Assembly (NCBI GenBank): GCA_964016885.1
Contig: OZ024753.1
Location: forward strand, 26,784,001 to 26,848,000
DNA length: 64,000 bases
From: Eledone cirrhosa
Lineage: Eukaryota
Direction: 5' to 3'
Below are positions 38,207 to 51,435 of the stretch, in pieces (positions within the stretch are counted from its first letter, which is position 1; each line of letters begins with the position of its first letter). The translations under genes were made by a program, and so were the position numbers. Below the pieces are notes generated by a model. It worked only from the letters and a program-made list of their open reading frames with translations. It was not told where the DNA came from and ran no database searches.

Positions 38207-38466
38207 TGTGGTTAGAAAAAGCTATCTCACTTACCGCTTTTCACAGGCGCCGCTAAATTCCGCTGCAGGTACTTCTCTTCCACGTGCGTCCGACTGCTTA
38301 ACACCGGGAGCTGCCCAAAACTCGCGTCCACACCGTGTGCTGGTCACCACTAGAGAGAGGCCCTCTCCTGGCCCTTCCGGTCGAGCATCCTTCCGGCCAA
38401 AGACCCCTTCCGGTCGAGCACTCCCCCCCCCCGCCTCCGGCCACCGCACGCCACACCATACCCACA
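38207..38466. mobile_element. Probable solo LTR (TGTGG...CCACA) in a (TA)n tract
   Basis: GC-rich 260-bp island with TG..CA ends and TATAT on both sides (TSD ambiguous inside the microsatellite). Confidence 0.5.
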
Positions 38467-39613
38467 TATATATATATTGCTTTGGCCCCACATGGTCACG
38501 AATGACCATGGTTTTGCACCTAGAAAGTTTCTCTCCGAGGCACAAGCCTGGGCAGTTTGTTTTTGTCGAAGACCAGCAGTCGCCCATGCATACGAGTCTC
38601 CCCTCTCCACGCCTCTGATGTTGACACTGACCGATACAGCTTGGCACCAGTGATGTCGCAACTCATTTCTACAGCTGAGTAAACTGTGAAATAAAGTGTC
38701 TTGCTCAAGGACAACGCATCACCCGGTCAGAGAATTGAACTCACAACCTCTCAATTGCAACCCCAATGCTCTAACCACTAACCCATATATATAGTCATGG
38801 CTTCGGCAGTTTGTCGTGTTTTTGTACAACACGCGCGATTTAACGTTGCTCTTTTATGATAGAGCTGGAAACCCTTTCATTAAAACATGATGAACGAGAT
38901 GCAATCTCATATAAGGCCAAAATAGAAAATTCTACATACAAGTGAGCTGTATATTTTATTGATTTATTTCAGAGTCACTAAAGATTTAGAATCTTTAACA
39001 TATTATTTTTTGAAATTCAAAAAAGAAAGAGAATATAAAATAGATTACTGTTCCAGCACTTTATTGTTTTAATCATCATCATCATCATCATCATTTTACG
39101 TCCGCTTTTCTCTGCTTGCTAGGGTGGGACAGGAACTGATTCTGACTTGATTTCTACCAACCTCATTTATAGTGAGTGCTGGGTGCTTTTTTTTCCGTGG
39201 CGCCTACACGTCCACTTTACAGTGTGGGCTGGGTGCTTTTTTGCCGTGGCACCTCCACGACCACTTTGCAATGGAATGATAGGGAACCCAGTCCTATCAT
39301 CTAATTTCTACAGTAAGTAAACTGGAGCAATGTGAAATAAAGTGTCTTGCTCAAGGAAACAACACATCACCTGGTCTGAGAACTGAACTCACAACCTTTC
39401 GATTGCAAGGCCAAACTAAACGAGATGCCTCCATTAATATCCAAATATATTTCCTTTCTCTTTGAAGTGTCTAAATCTATTGTTTTAATTAAGAGTTATG
39501 TTTTAATCTTTAATAAATTAAAACTGAAACAACATTTTAAATTTTCAGAAAAGAACAACTAATACTTTCAAAAGTGTTTTTATAAACTAAAAAATGTATT
39601 TATACACTTTTTA

Positions 39614-39654
<41 letters not shown>

Positions 39655-39679
39655 AACAAAAGATGGTTAAAAGAGTTCC

Positions 39680-39740
39680 ATGTATTTCAAAAACAAATAT
39701 CATCATGCAATAATATTTGTGTTTTCATCAGATAAAATAG
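39680..39740 (-). ncRNA. Partial hammerhead ribozyme (CUGAUGA-long stem II-GAAA; 3' strand of stem I missing)
   Basis: Minus strand ctattttat CTGATGA AAACACAAATATTA...TGATATTTGTTTTT GAAA. Confidence 0.45.
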
Positions 39741-42040
39741 GAAGACATGATATGAAGGTTAAAAAACACTTGTGGATAGTGCAGTTTTAAATCAACATAT
39801 GAAAAGTAGTTTTAGATTGATGTGTGATATTGGGAAAAATATTTTTTTTAGGGGGGGGGGGGGGGATTAAAAAGAGGAGGAGTTGAGAGTAAAAAGTGGA
39901 GAGGGAGGAGTATAATGAGGAAGGATGAGATAGGAGGAGAGATGGGTGATAGCTTTTATAACTGAGAAAGAAAGAGATAGCTTTTATAACTGAGAAAAAT
40001 ATATTGTTTTACATAGAGAGGTTGAAAAGCCGTTGGAAGATAATGTATAAATTAAAAGAATTTGAAAATTAACGAAGAGAAAAATAATGTAAAGTTAAGG
40101 TTTGTATATTGAAGGGTTTAATAATATGTGCGATGGAAAGAAAATGTTAATATGTATTAAGAATAATATTTAAGGGTTTAATAATATGTGCGATGGAAAG
40201 AAAATGTTGATATGTATTATTAAAAAGAACAACAAGTAATGTAAGTAAGGATATATTGTGAGATGAGCATGAGTAAGTTAGATGAAAGGGAGAAAAAAAT
40301 AATGAATTGAGGATGAATAATCTAACGTCAAAAAATGTTTATGTTTACGAAGGATTTTTACAAGGTGATGTAAAGTAAGAATGTATTGTATTGCGTAATA
40401 ATTGTTTCTATGTTAGGCAACAGTGAGAAAAGGTACAGATTAGGGGTTAGACATTAAAAGAAAAAGAGAAGAAAGGGAAGTGATAAATAGGAGTGATATA
40501 GAATGAGTAACAAGTATTATATAATGTATAATAAATAACTTTGAAATAAGGTAGAAAGATGGGTATATTTTTAAAGAAGTATATATATATATGTGCCTTT
40601 GAGAAAAATATTCTAAATTGATAAAGTTTTGGATATTAGCTGTATACTTTGTGGAATGTTTTGTGGAATTTATGCAAGCAGAGAGAAAACAAGTCAGTGC
40701 GTCTATTTATTATAGAATCTAAATTAGATATAATGGTAAATTTTTCATTTTGACAGAGATTGCAAATCTTGGATAGAGAACTGTTCAATGGCCCACCAAT
40801 GCCTGTACCATGCTACCCATCACGGCTGTGGCAGTCAGCCGAGAGCCAGAGGGGATGGGAGAGTGTTTTTACAGATCATAATACTACCTCTCACTAAGCG
40901 TTGACGGTACGACTGACCATCACCTTATAAGGGAAAATAAACTTATTCTAGGTATCATGGTTTTACGTTGGAAGTTAAGAGTGAGAGTTGGAAATAAAAA
41001 TTAAAATCCTAAATCAAATATCAGAAATTATAAATTAAACAATTAAGAAATTAACAATTAGAAATTAAAGAATTAAAAAAAGAATTTAAAAAATTCTTTT
41101 CAGGTGATAATTCGGATTGAGGTGAGTAAAAATATAGACTGAAGTGAGTAAATAATATGGAGAGAGATGTTTAAGTAATATGTTCTGAGAGGGATTCTAG
41201 TGTCACAGTTACTCTATCCACATATTGAACGACAGTGCCGTACATTATAACTACAGGGCTCCAGGCATTTGTGAATCTGGTACACAGTCCTAATTTCCAT
41301 CACATGGAACAAAATCAAAGAAAAACAGACATAAAGTACACAAAAGAAAAGAACAGAACCAATAGTGAATAAATGCAAAAACACAGAGTACATATATGCA
41401 AAATGATCCATATGATTGTCCATGTATAGATTGAATTGAGGGGGCCTCTGTTCAAATGCGATTTGGTGCAGGAAAATAGGGGTTTATCCTATTATTTGTT
41501 TCCGCGTATTTATCCTGCCGAAAGTTACTATTATGTCCGTCCAGTGTAAGGGGTTTCCATCCCCATGGTAGAGGGAATTTCCGGGGTAGCTTATGGTTGG
41601 TTCCTCTCTTCTCCACCATATCGGTTACATCGTAAAGCGCTCAACTAATTGGAGCTAAATTATTAGGGTAAACATTGATGCAATTCAATTCAAGCACTCA
41701 ACGTACTTTTTCCACATAGGAGTGATGGAGTAAATATCGAATAAGGAAAAGCGAAGTAGTTTCAGATGTTTAAGTCCTACCGTGATGGGTAGCAGTAAAA
41801 TATGGTACAGGCATTGGTGGGCCATTGTTTTGGCTGATAGGGTGAACTGACTAAGCAAATTTCGTTGAAATCTGCGGTGGCTAATGGTCAACTTCCTTCG
41901 GACATGCGCTTGCGCAGGCCGGTGGGGGTGAATTGGTACTCACAAGGGAGCGGATGAAAAACCCCAAAACACGCAATTCATCCGTTCCCATGTCGATCCA
42001 ATTTGGATTGCCTCGGAAACATAACCTTATTATGTAACAA

Positions 42041-42114
42041 GCTGTCTGATGATGACACGACACTCGCACACAGAACAGTGTGGCCAGTGTCGTCACTGAA
42101 ATATATATCACAGC
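42041..42114 (+). ncRNA. Minimal type I hammerhead ribozyme (Penelope-type)
   Basis: GCTGT CTGATGA TGACACGACACT...AGTGTCGTCAct GAAA TATATA TC ACAGC: stem I GCTGT/ACAGC, palindromic stem III, AUC triplet. Confidence 0.7.
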
Positions 42115-43384
42115 ATTATTATTAAAGGACTTGAACATCTGAAACTACTTCGCTTTTCCTTATTCTATATATATATATATAGTGTGTTAGTTCACTATTT
42201 TCAGGAAGCCCTGATGATTTCTCCCGAATGAAACAGTTCTAGTCCTGTAGAAGCCTTTTCTATATTAAATATATATATATATAACAAGACTAGAAACGAT
42301 CGTAAAGCAGTGTAGTATTTTCCTAATGACTTGAATTTTTATTTCATTGTTTTAACTTATATATAAGTGCCTACTTAGAGGGCGTAAACATCCTCTACAG
42401 CCAGCTAAACCCTGGTCACTAAAACCACTCTCCTCCACAATTTGTGAATTCCAGGTGAGAGGGCGATTGAAGCAGTTTAAGGCCAGCTAAACCTTGGTTA
42501 GATGGTGAAATAAGCAGTTTAAGGCCGTATACTTCTCGTGGGATCATCTACGGCCAGCTAAACCATGACCAGTACCTGTTTAGAGGGTGTAAACATCTCG
42601 TAGGAACCTCTACAGCCAGCTAAACCCTGTTCAATGTTGTGAGAGAGCGATTGAAGCACTTTAAGGGCGTAAACTTCTCGTACGATAATCTCTGGTCAGA
42701 GGGTGAAAGAAGCAGTTTTAGAATGCATACTTCCCATAGTATTTCCTACAGCCAGCTGAACCCTAGTCACTACAAGCTTAGAGGGCGAGAGAAGCATATA
42801 CTTCACATAGTATCTCCTATGGCCAAAGAAGCAGTTTTATAGCGTATACGTCCCATATGATGTCCTACGGCCAACTAAACGCTGGTCAGTACCAGTTAAG
42901 AGGACGAAAGAAGCAAGTCATTAATGTTGCTGGACTGTCGTCTAAACGGAGGTAAGAGATTGAATGAATGGAGGTAATTCGTTCGTTTTTTGTATATGCG
43001 TACCTCGGATAACTCTGTTTAAATAATTATTTAAACGTTTCTGAAGAGAGAAACTAAGAATGTATATCAAGTCTCTAAAGAATGATGAAGTGTCTTAAGA
43101 CGACGCTGTCAAGTGCATTTCTAAACTTTGCAGTTTTGACACATCTATACGTTGTATCCCTGCTGCCCTCAATATATACATACACACGTATGTATGTGCA
43201 TAAGTATATATATACTCATATATTTACGCCTGTATATATATATATATATATACACACAGCATGTGTACGCTGGGAGGTTCAGCATATACACACATTCGTA
43301 ATAAAATTCTAATTACCAAAATAGGTATCTGAAATTCTAATTACTAAAATCTAAGGTTTGCATCTTATTTCCAGAAACAAAATT

Positions 43385-46300
43385 ACTTTATATATAGAAA
43401 CGGAATGAGAGTGAGATAACACACGAAATATATTTTGAGACGAGTTATCTCCCTTTCCGTTTCTATATATATATTTTTTTAAATAAATAAAATTTTACCT
43501 ATAAGTATGACTAATTCACTCAGTATAATTGCGGCTTGGCGTGGCAATGCGCGCAGCGGCTCGGACTTCGTCGGCTACGTATGTATGTGTCGCAAATTCG
43601 AAGTGTTGTGGTGTGCATGTGGCTACGGCGGGTGGGACATTTAGATTCTTAATTTCTTTTTCTTTTAGACACTTCATTTAGTTTCTTAGTTTTAGACACT
43701 GTTCAAGGGAGATAACTCTTACCTCCCTTTACTTTTTCGACATTTTCAAAATCATTCTTAGCTTTTTTATTTAGAAACTTCATATACACTTACGTTCTTT
43801 ATAGTACGTCTTACTCAGTTTCTTGTAGACTCTTGATTTCTTTATTCATTTTTTGTCAAAATAAACTGAACACAATTCGTATATAAGATGTAAACTTTCT
43901 TTATTCATTTTTGGCAAAATAAACTGAATACAATTCGTATATAATATGTAAATTTTCTTCATTAACAGAAACTACGCCATTCCCACTTGCTACGGCAAAC
44001 AACACAGCATATGAACTTGAAGGCTGGACATCTGTAAAAAGAAATGAAAGTCATTTACGTACGTTATCAATAAAAAGAATATTAAACTTTATAAAATTCA
44101 CCCGATTTTGTCTTTTCTTATATATATATTTAAATAGAGGAAACTAAGAATGTATATGAAGTTTCTTAAAGAAAGAAAGAAAATAAGAATGGTTATTGGT
44201 TACGTAGATTAACAGTTAAAGCGATATCGATCTGGTTAATATTTGATTACGATGATGATATCTAACAAAAAAACAACAGCAACAACTAAGAATCTAGACG
44301 AGTTTCTAAAGAAAGAAACTTCATCTACATTCTTAATTGTTTTTTAGGAATGACAATGACGAAAAAAGAAACTAAGAATGTAAATGAAGTGTTGAAAAGG
44401 AACAAAGAAAGTAAATGAACTTTCGTAAGAAGAAACTAAGAATGTAAATGGTTCTATGTTACGTGGGTTAAAGTGATATCGATCTAGTTAACACTGATCA
44501 ACAGTTAAGTATCGAAAAGGAACAAAGAATGTAAATGGTTCCATGTTACGTGTGTTAATTTGATATCAATCTAGTTAACACTAATTAACAGTTAAGTGTT
44601 GAAAAGGAACAAAGAATCGTAAGAAGAATGTAAATGATTCTATGTTACGTGGGTTAAAGTGATATCTATCTAGTTAACACTGATCAACAGTTAACTATCG
44701 AAAAGGAACAAAGAATGTAAATGGTTCTGTGTTACGTGGGTTAATGTGATATCAACAGTTAAGTGTTGAAAAGGAACAAAGAAACATAACAAATATGTTT
44801 TTAATATATACATAAATAACATTACAAATGCTTCGATAACATTATAAATAGCTCTCGATTCTTTCAGAAAGATATATTCTTTTAATGTTACAATATTAAA
44901 GAAGATGTAAAGGAAGGGGTGAACAACCGAGCGAACACCAGAGCAGAAGACAGCAGCGTCGCGAGGAGTACTGCGCAACCTATCTAATGATTTTTGAGGC
45001 AAGCCAGCACTCTGGCAGCGTTGCCTCGGGTGATGGTGAGGCTGATGCGCTGAAACAGCCAAGCGCCCTCGCGAGATTCGCCAGTGAAGAGAGGAACCTC
45101 GCAGTCAGCAGCCCGACTCCCACAAACATCTCGAAAGCCACAGAAGAAACTAAGAATGTAAATGGTTCTATGTTACGTGGGTTAAAGAGATATCGATCTA
45201 GTTAACACTGATCAACAGTTGAAAAGGAACAAAGAACCGTAAGAAGAAACTAAGAATGTAAATGGTTCTATGTTACGTGGGCTAATGTGATATCGATCTA
45301 GTTAACACTGATCAACAGTTAATCTTTGATTACGATGATGATATCTAAAAAAAATTCGTTCAAAACTTAAGTCGTCGGGCTTTGCAATCGTAAGTTCGAT
45401 TCTCAGACCGGACTTTGCGTTGTGTTCTTGAGCAAGACACTTTATTTAGCAATTAGTTGGACAACAAAAGGTTTCTTTCTACGTACAAGAGAAATGAAGC
45501 TGCCATGCTTCATTGGGTGTGAAAGAAATAGAGATAATAAAAATGTAGCTGTATATAGAGGTTTCTTAGAAGGAAAGGTATATTCCTTTATAGAGAAGGT
45601 TTACATATTTTTCTTAGTAGACAGTATAGAGCAAAAAGAGAAGATAGTAAAACCTATTTTTGTGTCGCAAGAATATCTGCTAGTGTTGACAAGGTTTACT
45701 ATGTATTCAATAAAGAAAGATCTACAGAATGATGTTTATAGAGAGAAATTTGAGTTATATTTCTCAGAAAGTATGTGTCGAGATGACTTAGTTTAGTTTC
45801 TTAGAAGAGGTAACACTATTTGTATGTGTAGTTTTTTTTATTTATATATTTAAAAGAAAGCATGTGTCTAGTGGGTGAAGATGTTCCAGAAAGCCACATA
45901 AAATACCTCTTCACGTGAAGACAATATCCAAAGTGTGAGAGTTATTGACATAAAATGTGTATTTAGTAAAATGTAAGATAGTTCGAGTATAGAGCAAAGA
46001 AAAGATTACATACCTCCATACATGAGGAAAGTAATATCCAAAATGAATTTTTTTCAAAGAACCGGAAGTGAATAAAAAAAAAGAGAAGAGTTCCATAAAG
46101 CAGAGGTAACTCTAAATAAAGGGAAAGCAAAAATAATTACTTGCAAACAGTTCCGGCTGCCGAGTACGCGATTCGATCTCCCGACACATAGAACGGCCAC
46201 GCCATACATAAGTAGGCGATAAAGTCCGAACCGCTACACGCGAAACAACAATAATACTCTTTAAATTAGTCATATTTATAGCTAAAATTTTGTTTGTTTT

Positions 46301-46395
46301 TTAAAAAGAATATAGAAGCGGAAAGAAAGGTAGATAACACGCTTCAAAATATATTCTGTATGTTACCTTACTCTCATTCCGTTTCTATATATAAA
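43385..46395. mobile_element. ~3-kb non-autonomous DNA element with ~200-bp imperfect TIRs and an internal tandem array
   Basis: 43389-43590 matches the reverse complement of ~46200-46392; interior paralogous to 33270-37920. Confidence 0.65.
44906..45142. mobile_element. Probable solo LTR, TG...CA, 5-bp TSD GAAGA
   Basis: GAAGA at 44901-05 and 45143-47 flanking a GC-richer 237-bp insert. Confidence 0.7.
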
Positions 46396-47689
46396 TTAAT
46401 TTAAAAACTATTAGTATTTAGTAAGATATATGCCGAACAATTAATATGTAAGTTAATATACATGTTTCTGTAAATTGAAAAATTAGTATATATATATAAA
46501 GTTTGTCCTAAGTTTATCATTGGGTTTCCTTGTTGTTAAGTGTCTCAGAGTACAAGACTCTCCCTTAATAGGATTTACTCCCTAACTACTGAGTGTACTG
46601 GAACAACATGAAATAAAGTTTTTTTTCTTTTACACTTGAGTGTGTTGGCTGCTAACAACACAGAAAGAAGTATACAGCAGATTTCTTCCAGAGAAAGCTT
46701 TTAACAAAGTCCCCGAGGTTTAACTGGCCGTGGGAGATCCTACGAGAAGTTTATAATCTTAAACTGTTTATTTCGCCATCTGACCTGGCATTGACCAAGA
46801 TTTAGTTAGCCCTAGAAAAGCCTACAAGCAAACCACGCCCTAAAGCCATTACTTTCATCCTCTAATCTGGCATTGACCAGGATTTAGTTGGCTGTAAGGA
46901 AGTATACACCTTAAAACTGCTTCTTTCAACCTCTCACATTGTTTAGCTGGCTGTAGAAGATCCTTAAACCTGCATTTTTTGCTTGCTAACACACCATCGA
47001 CCACGTTTTATCTGACCATAGGCAATCACATGAGAAGCCTTAAAACTGTCTCTTTCACCTGGTATTCACTGAGGTTAACCTGGCTGTAGAAGATTCTATG
47101 AGAAGTATTTGCCCTGAAATTGCTTTTTTCACCTTCTATTACTTTAGCCTGGCAATGACATAATTTGACTTTGTAACATATATATGTACTCTTACTAGTA
47201 AAAAGAATTCTGGCTAAACCTATTTCTGATTCATAGTTTATGAAAAAATATGTCATATATCTGTCTTCCAAACAGATTACTTCCATTCATTTCGTTTACA
47301 TATATATTATATACATATATATATTATTTTCCACAAATTAAAAATATAGACTACTTACCTCCATATAGATGTCAGTCCATCCACACTGACATTTATTAGT
47401 AAGTGGAAGACAACAAATATGTTAACAAATGTGAATAATACATAAATGGTTAATTAAACTGATATTTTTTATTAGTGTTCTATATGTTAGTGAAGGACAG
47501 GTACACTGGTTCTCAACAACACCCAGATGTTGGCATGCTAAACTTAGTGAGTGGTGGGACAATTGGAGCGAAGATGGGCACTGTCAAATATTTCTAAAGC
47601 TCGCTGAACTGTCATGATGGAAACACAGTAAAACATATAGAATAGCACCCCAACAGCTGACTGCACCAGCTATGGGAAACTGATGTATA

Positions 47690-48105
47690 TTAGGGCTCCC
47701 ACTAATTCTGCATAATGTTCAGTTGAGTAACATTTACAATACATATGGTCACTAACATGCAGCATTGCTGCTTGTTTACACGCATCATACAATATGCCCT
47801 TCATTCTGAGGGAAAACCTTTTGTAGCTAGCAGTGGTAGTAGCTCCCTGGACTTTTTCTATCCCGTTCTCATTCTGGCTACTGTACTTTTGAAACACTCT
47901 CCTCCACTGATTTGGTCATCCAGGTAATGGAAACAGTTGACTATTTCTACAGAGCCCTCTGGGCATTTTAAGGAGTTCTTGCAACTTAATGCACCTGAGA
48001 TTCCACTAAATCTCTTGTGCACCCATAGTTTGCATTTGGAACATAGGAAGATATTTCTACCTACTCCTTTTCTGCACACAGAGAAAGGCCATTCCCCAAC
48101 AAATG
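47690..48105 (-). mobile_element. Degraded RTE fragment (same family as 30536 and 60760)
   Basis: WPFSVCRKGVGRN..CSKCKLWVHKR; FSLRMKGILYDAC. Confidence 0.8.
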
Positions 48106-48686
48106 CCAAGTAGAAGGATTTACCTTTTAACTAGGTACTATATGCTGTGTTGTTTGCCGTAACCACTGAGGGAATATTTTTACAAGTCGAACTTTCCTGA
48201 ACAGTGTTGAAGTGTCTGTTAATAAAAAAATATTTACATATTATTTACGAAATGTCTGAAAAAAGATTTTGTTAATAAAAAATTCTTTACACATTATTTA
48301 CGAGTTGTGTTCAGTATATTTTGACAAAAAATATATTAAAAATTCTACATATTGTATACGAGTTGTTACTTTGACAATGAAAAAAATTAGCCTAATAAAT
48401 GACTTGGTTTCTGAAGCACATTTTGTAAATGAACCTTTGGAATCTTCCAAACTCTATCACGATTAAATCTGAAACATAAGTATTACATGTGTAAAGTTTG
48501 AAAACAGTCAGTTGGGTGGTTCTCGAGTTTTAGGGATTCGAACTCACACACACACAGACAGACATCCTCATATAGATGTGTGTGTTAAGTAATTATATAT
48601 ATAGAAGCTATCCAGCAGGAAGCTCCAACCGTTAAGGTTGTCTTTTTTTCCGGGTATGTCAATATTTATTTATAAAACAAATCTGT

Positions 48687-48750
48687 ATTTTATCTGATGA
48701 AAGCGCACCATAATTTGCCTTGGTTGCCCTTGAAATATGTATAATAAAAT
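48687..48750 (+). ncRNA. Minimal type I hammerhead ribozyme
   Basis: ATTTTAT CTGATGA AAGCGCACCA...TGGTTGCCCTT GAAA TATGTA TA ATAAAAT; 7-bp stem I, AUA triplet. Confidence 0.65.
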
Positions 48751-49435
48751 AAATATGGTTTAAAAATATAGTTTCCATTTATTAATATATATATATATTT
48801 AGTTATATATATATATATATTTAGTTCTATATGATTTTTTTCTTACCCTGTGTAAAACTTTATACTATTTGTTAACCTTGAATTAATTATATATATGATG
48901 TAATTTTGTATATCTTTTGATGCCAATATATTATAATATTGTTATTATAATGTTTTTATATTGTTTATGCACACTGACAGCGAATTATATATTATATTTT
49001 ATTTTTATTTTTATCTTTATTCTTATTTTTATCTATATTATATTATACTGTAAACAATATATACATATATATTTAAATACTTAATAAGTGTTAGTTTGTG
49101 TTTGTACTAATGTATGTATGTATAGATATATATATATATGCATATATTAAGCTTTTTATTATCACCATCTATTATACTATATTATATTCTATATCGTACT
49201 GTAATTCTCGCATTATATTGCCATTTGTGTTTCAAGTTTTTGCATTATATAATATTTACAATGTGGGTTCAACATGTTAATCACTTCCTTGCTATTTGGT
49301 CTATATCTATGTTTGTAACTGCTCGCTCTTAATCTTAGCCTACTTTTCCTTGATATCCTTCCTAGGCTTTAATAGATGTATACTCCATATTCTTCTGAGT
49401 TTTTGGCTTGTATTAGCCGATAGTGCTTCTTGTAG

Positions 49436-49489
49436 CTTTACTTGCCCTGATGAGTCCTTAATAGGACGAAACATTGTTGGCTAATAAAG
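49436..49489 (+). ncRNA. Minimal type I hammerhead ribozyme
   Basis: CTTTACTTGCC CTGATGA GTCC TTAATA GGAC GAAA C ATT GTT GGCTAATAAAG; perfect core and stem II, GUU triplet, 9/11-bp stem I. Confidence 0.78.
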
Positions 49490-50340
49490 ACTTTTGATGT
49501 ATTGAAGGCTTCTTTTTTTTTTTTTTTATAATTCTTCGGCTCTGTTTAATTACATTGAGCTATATCTTATACTGTCATTTCTATATGAAGAGTGTGTTTA
49601 ACTCCAACACACTCTAGTATTTTAATTCTTATATATATATATATATATTCGATTTTACTGATTTTCAATTATATTATATTATATTATATATATATATATT
49701 CGATTTTACTGATTTCCAATTATATTATTCTCCTAGATTTAATAATTAACTAATTAATTTAATTAGACAATTCTGTTGATTGGTTAATTATTAGTGTTTG
49801 TTTTATAACATCTAGTCGAGAGCTTATCATGATGATTAGCGGAAATTTAAAATATTTCCTTTCGCTAACATTTTGAATGAACCGCCTGGGACCAGGGGTT
49901 ATTTCCCTCGCCGGAATTAACACGTGATAATTATAGATACGATAAGCAGCTTATAGCAGCAACATATAATTTATCACTCCAATCCTAGGAAGAGCGATAA
50001 ACCTGTTGATAAACTGAATCCTACGTTCGATCACCAATACCATGAGCTTGCCTTTCAAGTAAGTCTGATATTTGATTTCGGATTCAAAGAAACACTTTAA
50101 ACGATTGTTCGTTTAATTTGTCCAGGTGTACTTTTCTCAACCTGATTAGTTCTATCGTTACTTTGGTATGTATTGTGTGTTTGTTTAGCCTACCACAATG
50201 TTCGATTTGTCAAGCTATTTAAACGTATGTTATTACTCTAAGGCCCTACCTTATCGAGTGCTTTGCTAACTCATCACTTCATATAAGTAGGCCGAATTTA
50301 CTTGCAAACCGCCAGAGATTCGATTTTACTGATTTCCAAT

Positions 50341-50372
<32 letters not shown>

Positions 50373-50457
50373 CATATAAATATATGTTCATACATACATA
50401 CAATCATACATAAAAGACGTTCATTATTAAAACTTTTTTTCACCCATTTTTGCGATT

Positions 50458-50727
50458 GAGAAATTTGGAGAACTGATGTCGCTAAATCGTCAAATTATTT
50501 ACCTGCCCCGTTGCATCATGGGAGAGGTAATGGCTGATTTTTTTTTTTTTTTCAATGACGGCAAAGTTTTTTAATTTCATTCCCGGCATCTTATTCTATG
50601 TTTGATATAAGTAAATAAATAAAACTTTAAATTAAAAAAATAAAATTTAGCTATTATCCCTCCCATGATGCAATGGGAGCAGGTAAATAATTTGACGATT
50701 TAGCGACATCAGTTCCTTAAATTTCTC
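50458..50727. mobile_element. MITE with ~75-bp TIRs; partial copy at ~53490-53650
   Basis: GAACTGATGTCGCTAAATCGTCAAATTATTTACCTG...TTGCATCATGGGAG is mirrored at 50655-50727. Confidence 0.7.
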
Positions 50728-50864
50728 CGAGCCGAATTAGCCATCGAAACGGCTTGAGCTCTGCCGTCGGGGTCATACTTTTTCCTATTACCCACTCTAC
50801 TACCCTAAGTATTGAGTACTCTGGTGCATTATGGTCCATCTGGTTCCTTACCACAACTTCTTCG

Positions 50865-50927
<63 letters not shown>

Positions 50928-50941
50928 TCTCCAATCGGATG

Positions 50942-50972
<31 letters not shown>

Positions 50973-51136
50973 TCACATATAACAACTATGATAACAATAG
51001 AGAGGACATTGTGCTATTAGTCAAATTCTTAGGAAAAATAGGAATTCTCACAATTATTTAAAATTCAATTATAATATTCTGTATTTACATTTGGTATTAC
51101 TGTATACTGCTAGTAATATATATATATATATACATA

Positions 51137-51312
51137 TATATCAACTAGAAATTGATTGACATGTATATATATCTAAATTAAACACATGAAACAATCACAG
51201 GGGATAATTTGTAAAGTGTGTAAGGACACTTTACAAATTATCCCTTGTGATTGTTTCATGTGTTTAATTTAGATATATATATATATATGTCAATCAATTT
51301 CTAGTTGATATA
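51137..51312. repeat. ~83-bp-arm foldback palindrome with 6-nt loop
   Basis: Arms 51137-51219 and 51226-51312 are near-perfect inverses. Confidence 0.9.
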
Positions 51313-51403
51313 AAATGGTCGGATCTATTCATTGGAATCTTTGAGCATATTCTACAGTGGATATGGTGCATGTCTCGGACATGACACCCTTAATTTAATT
51401 TTG

Positions 51404-51435
<32 letters not shown>

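Noticed and set aside
42200-42312. Additional hammerhead (CTGATGA at 42211; GAAACGATCGTA at 42293)
   Set aside because: Stem I cannot be formed and stem II is weak; at most broken halves.
42400-42900. Degenerate repeat (CAGCCAGCTAAACCCTGG...), inverse-like at ~46700-47160
   Set aside because: Too decayed to define a unit or function by eye.
50754-51061. YI-repeat ORFs
   Set aside because: (TA)n microsatellite translations.
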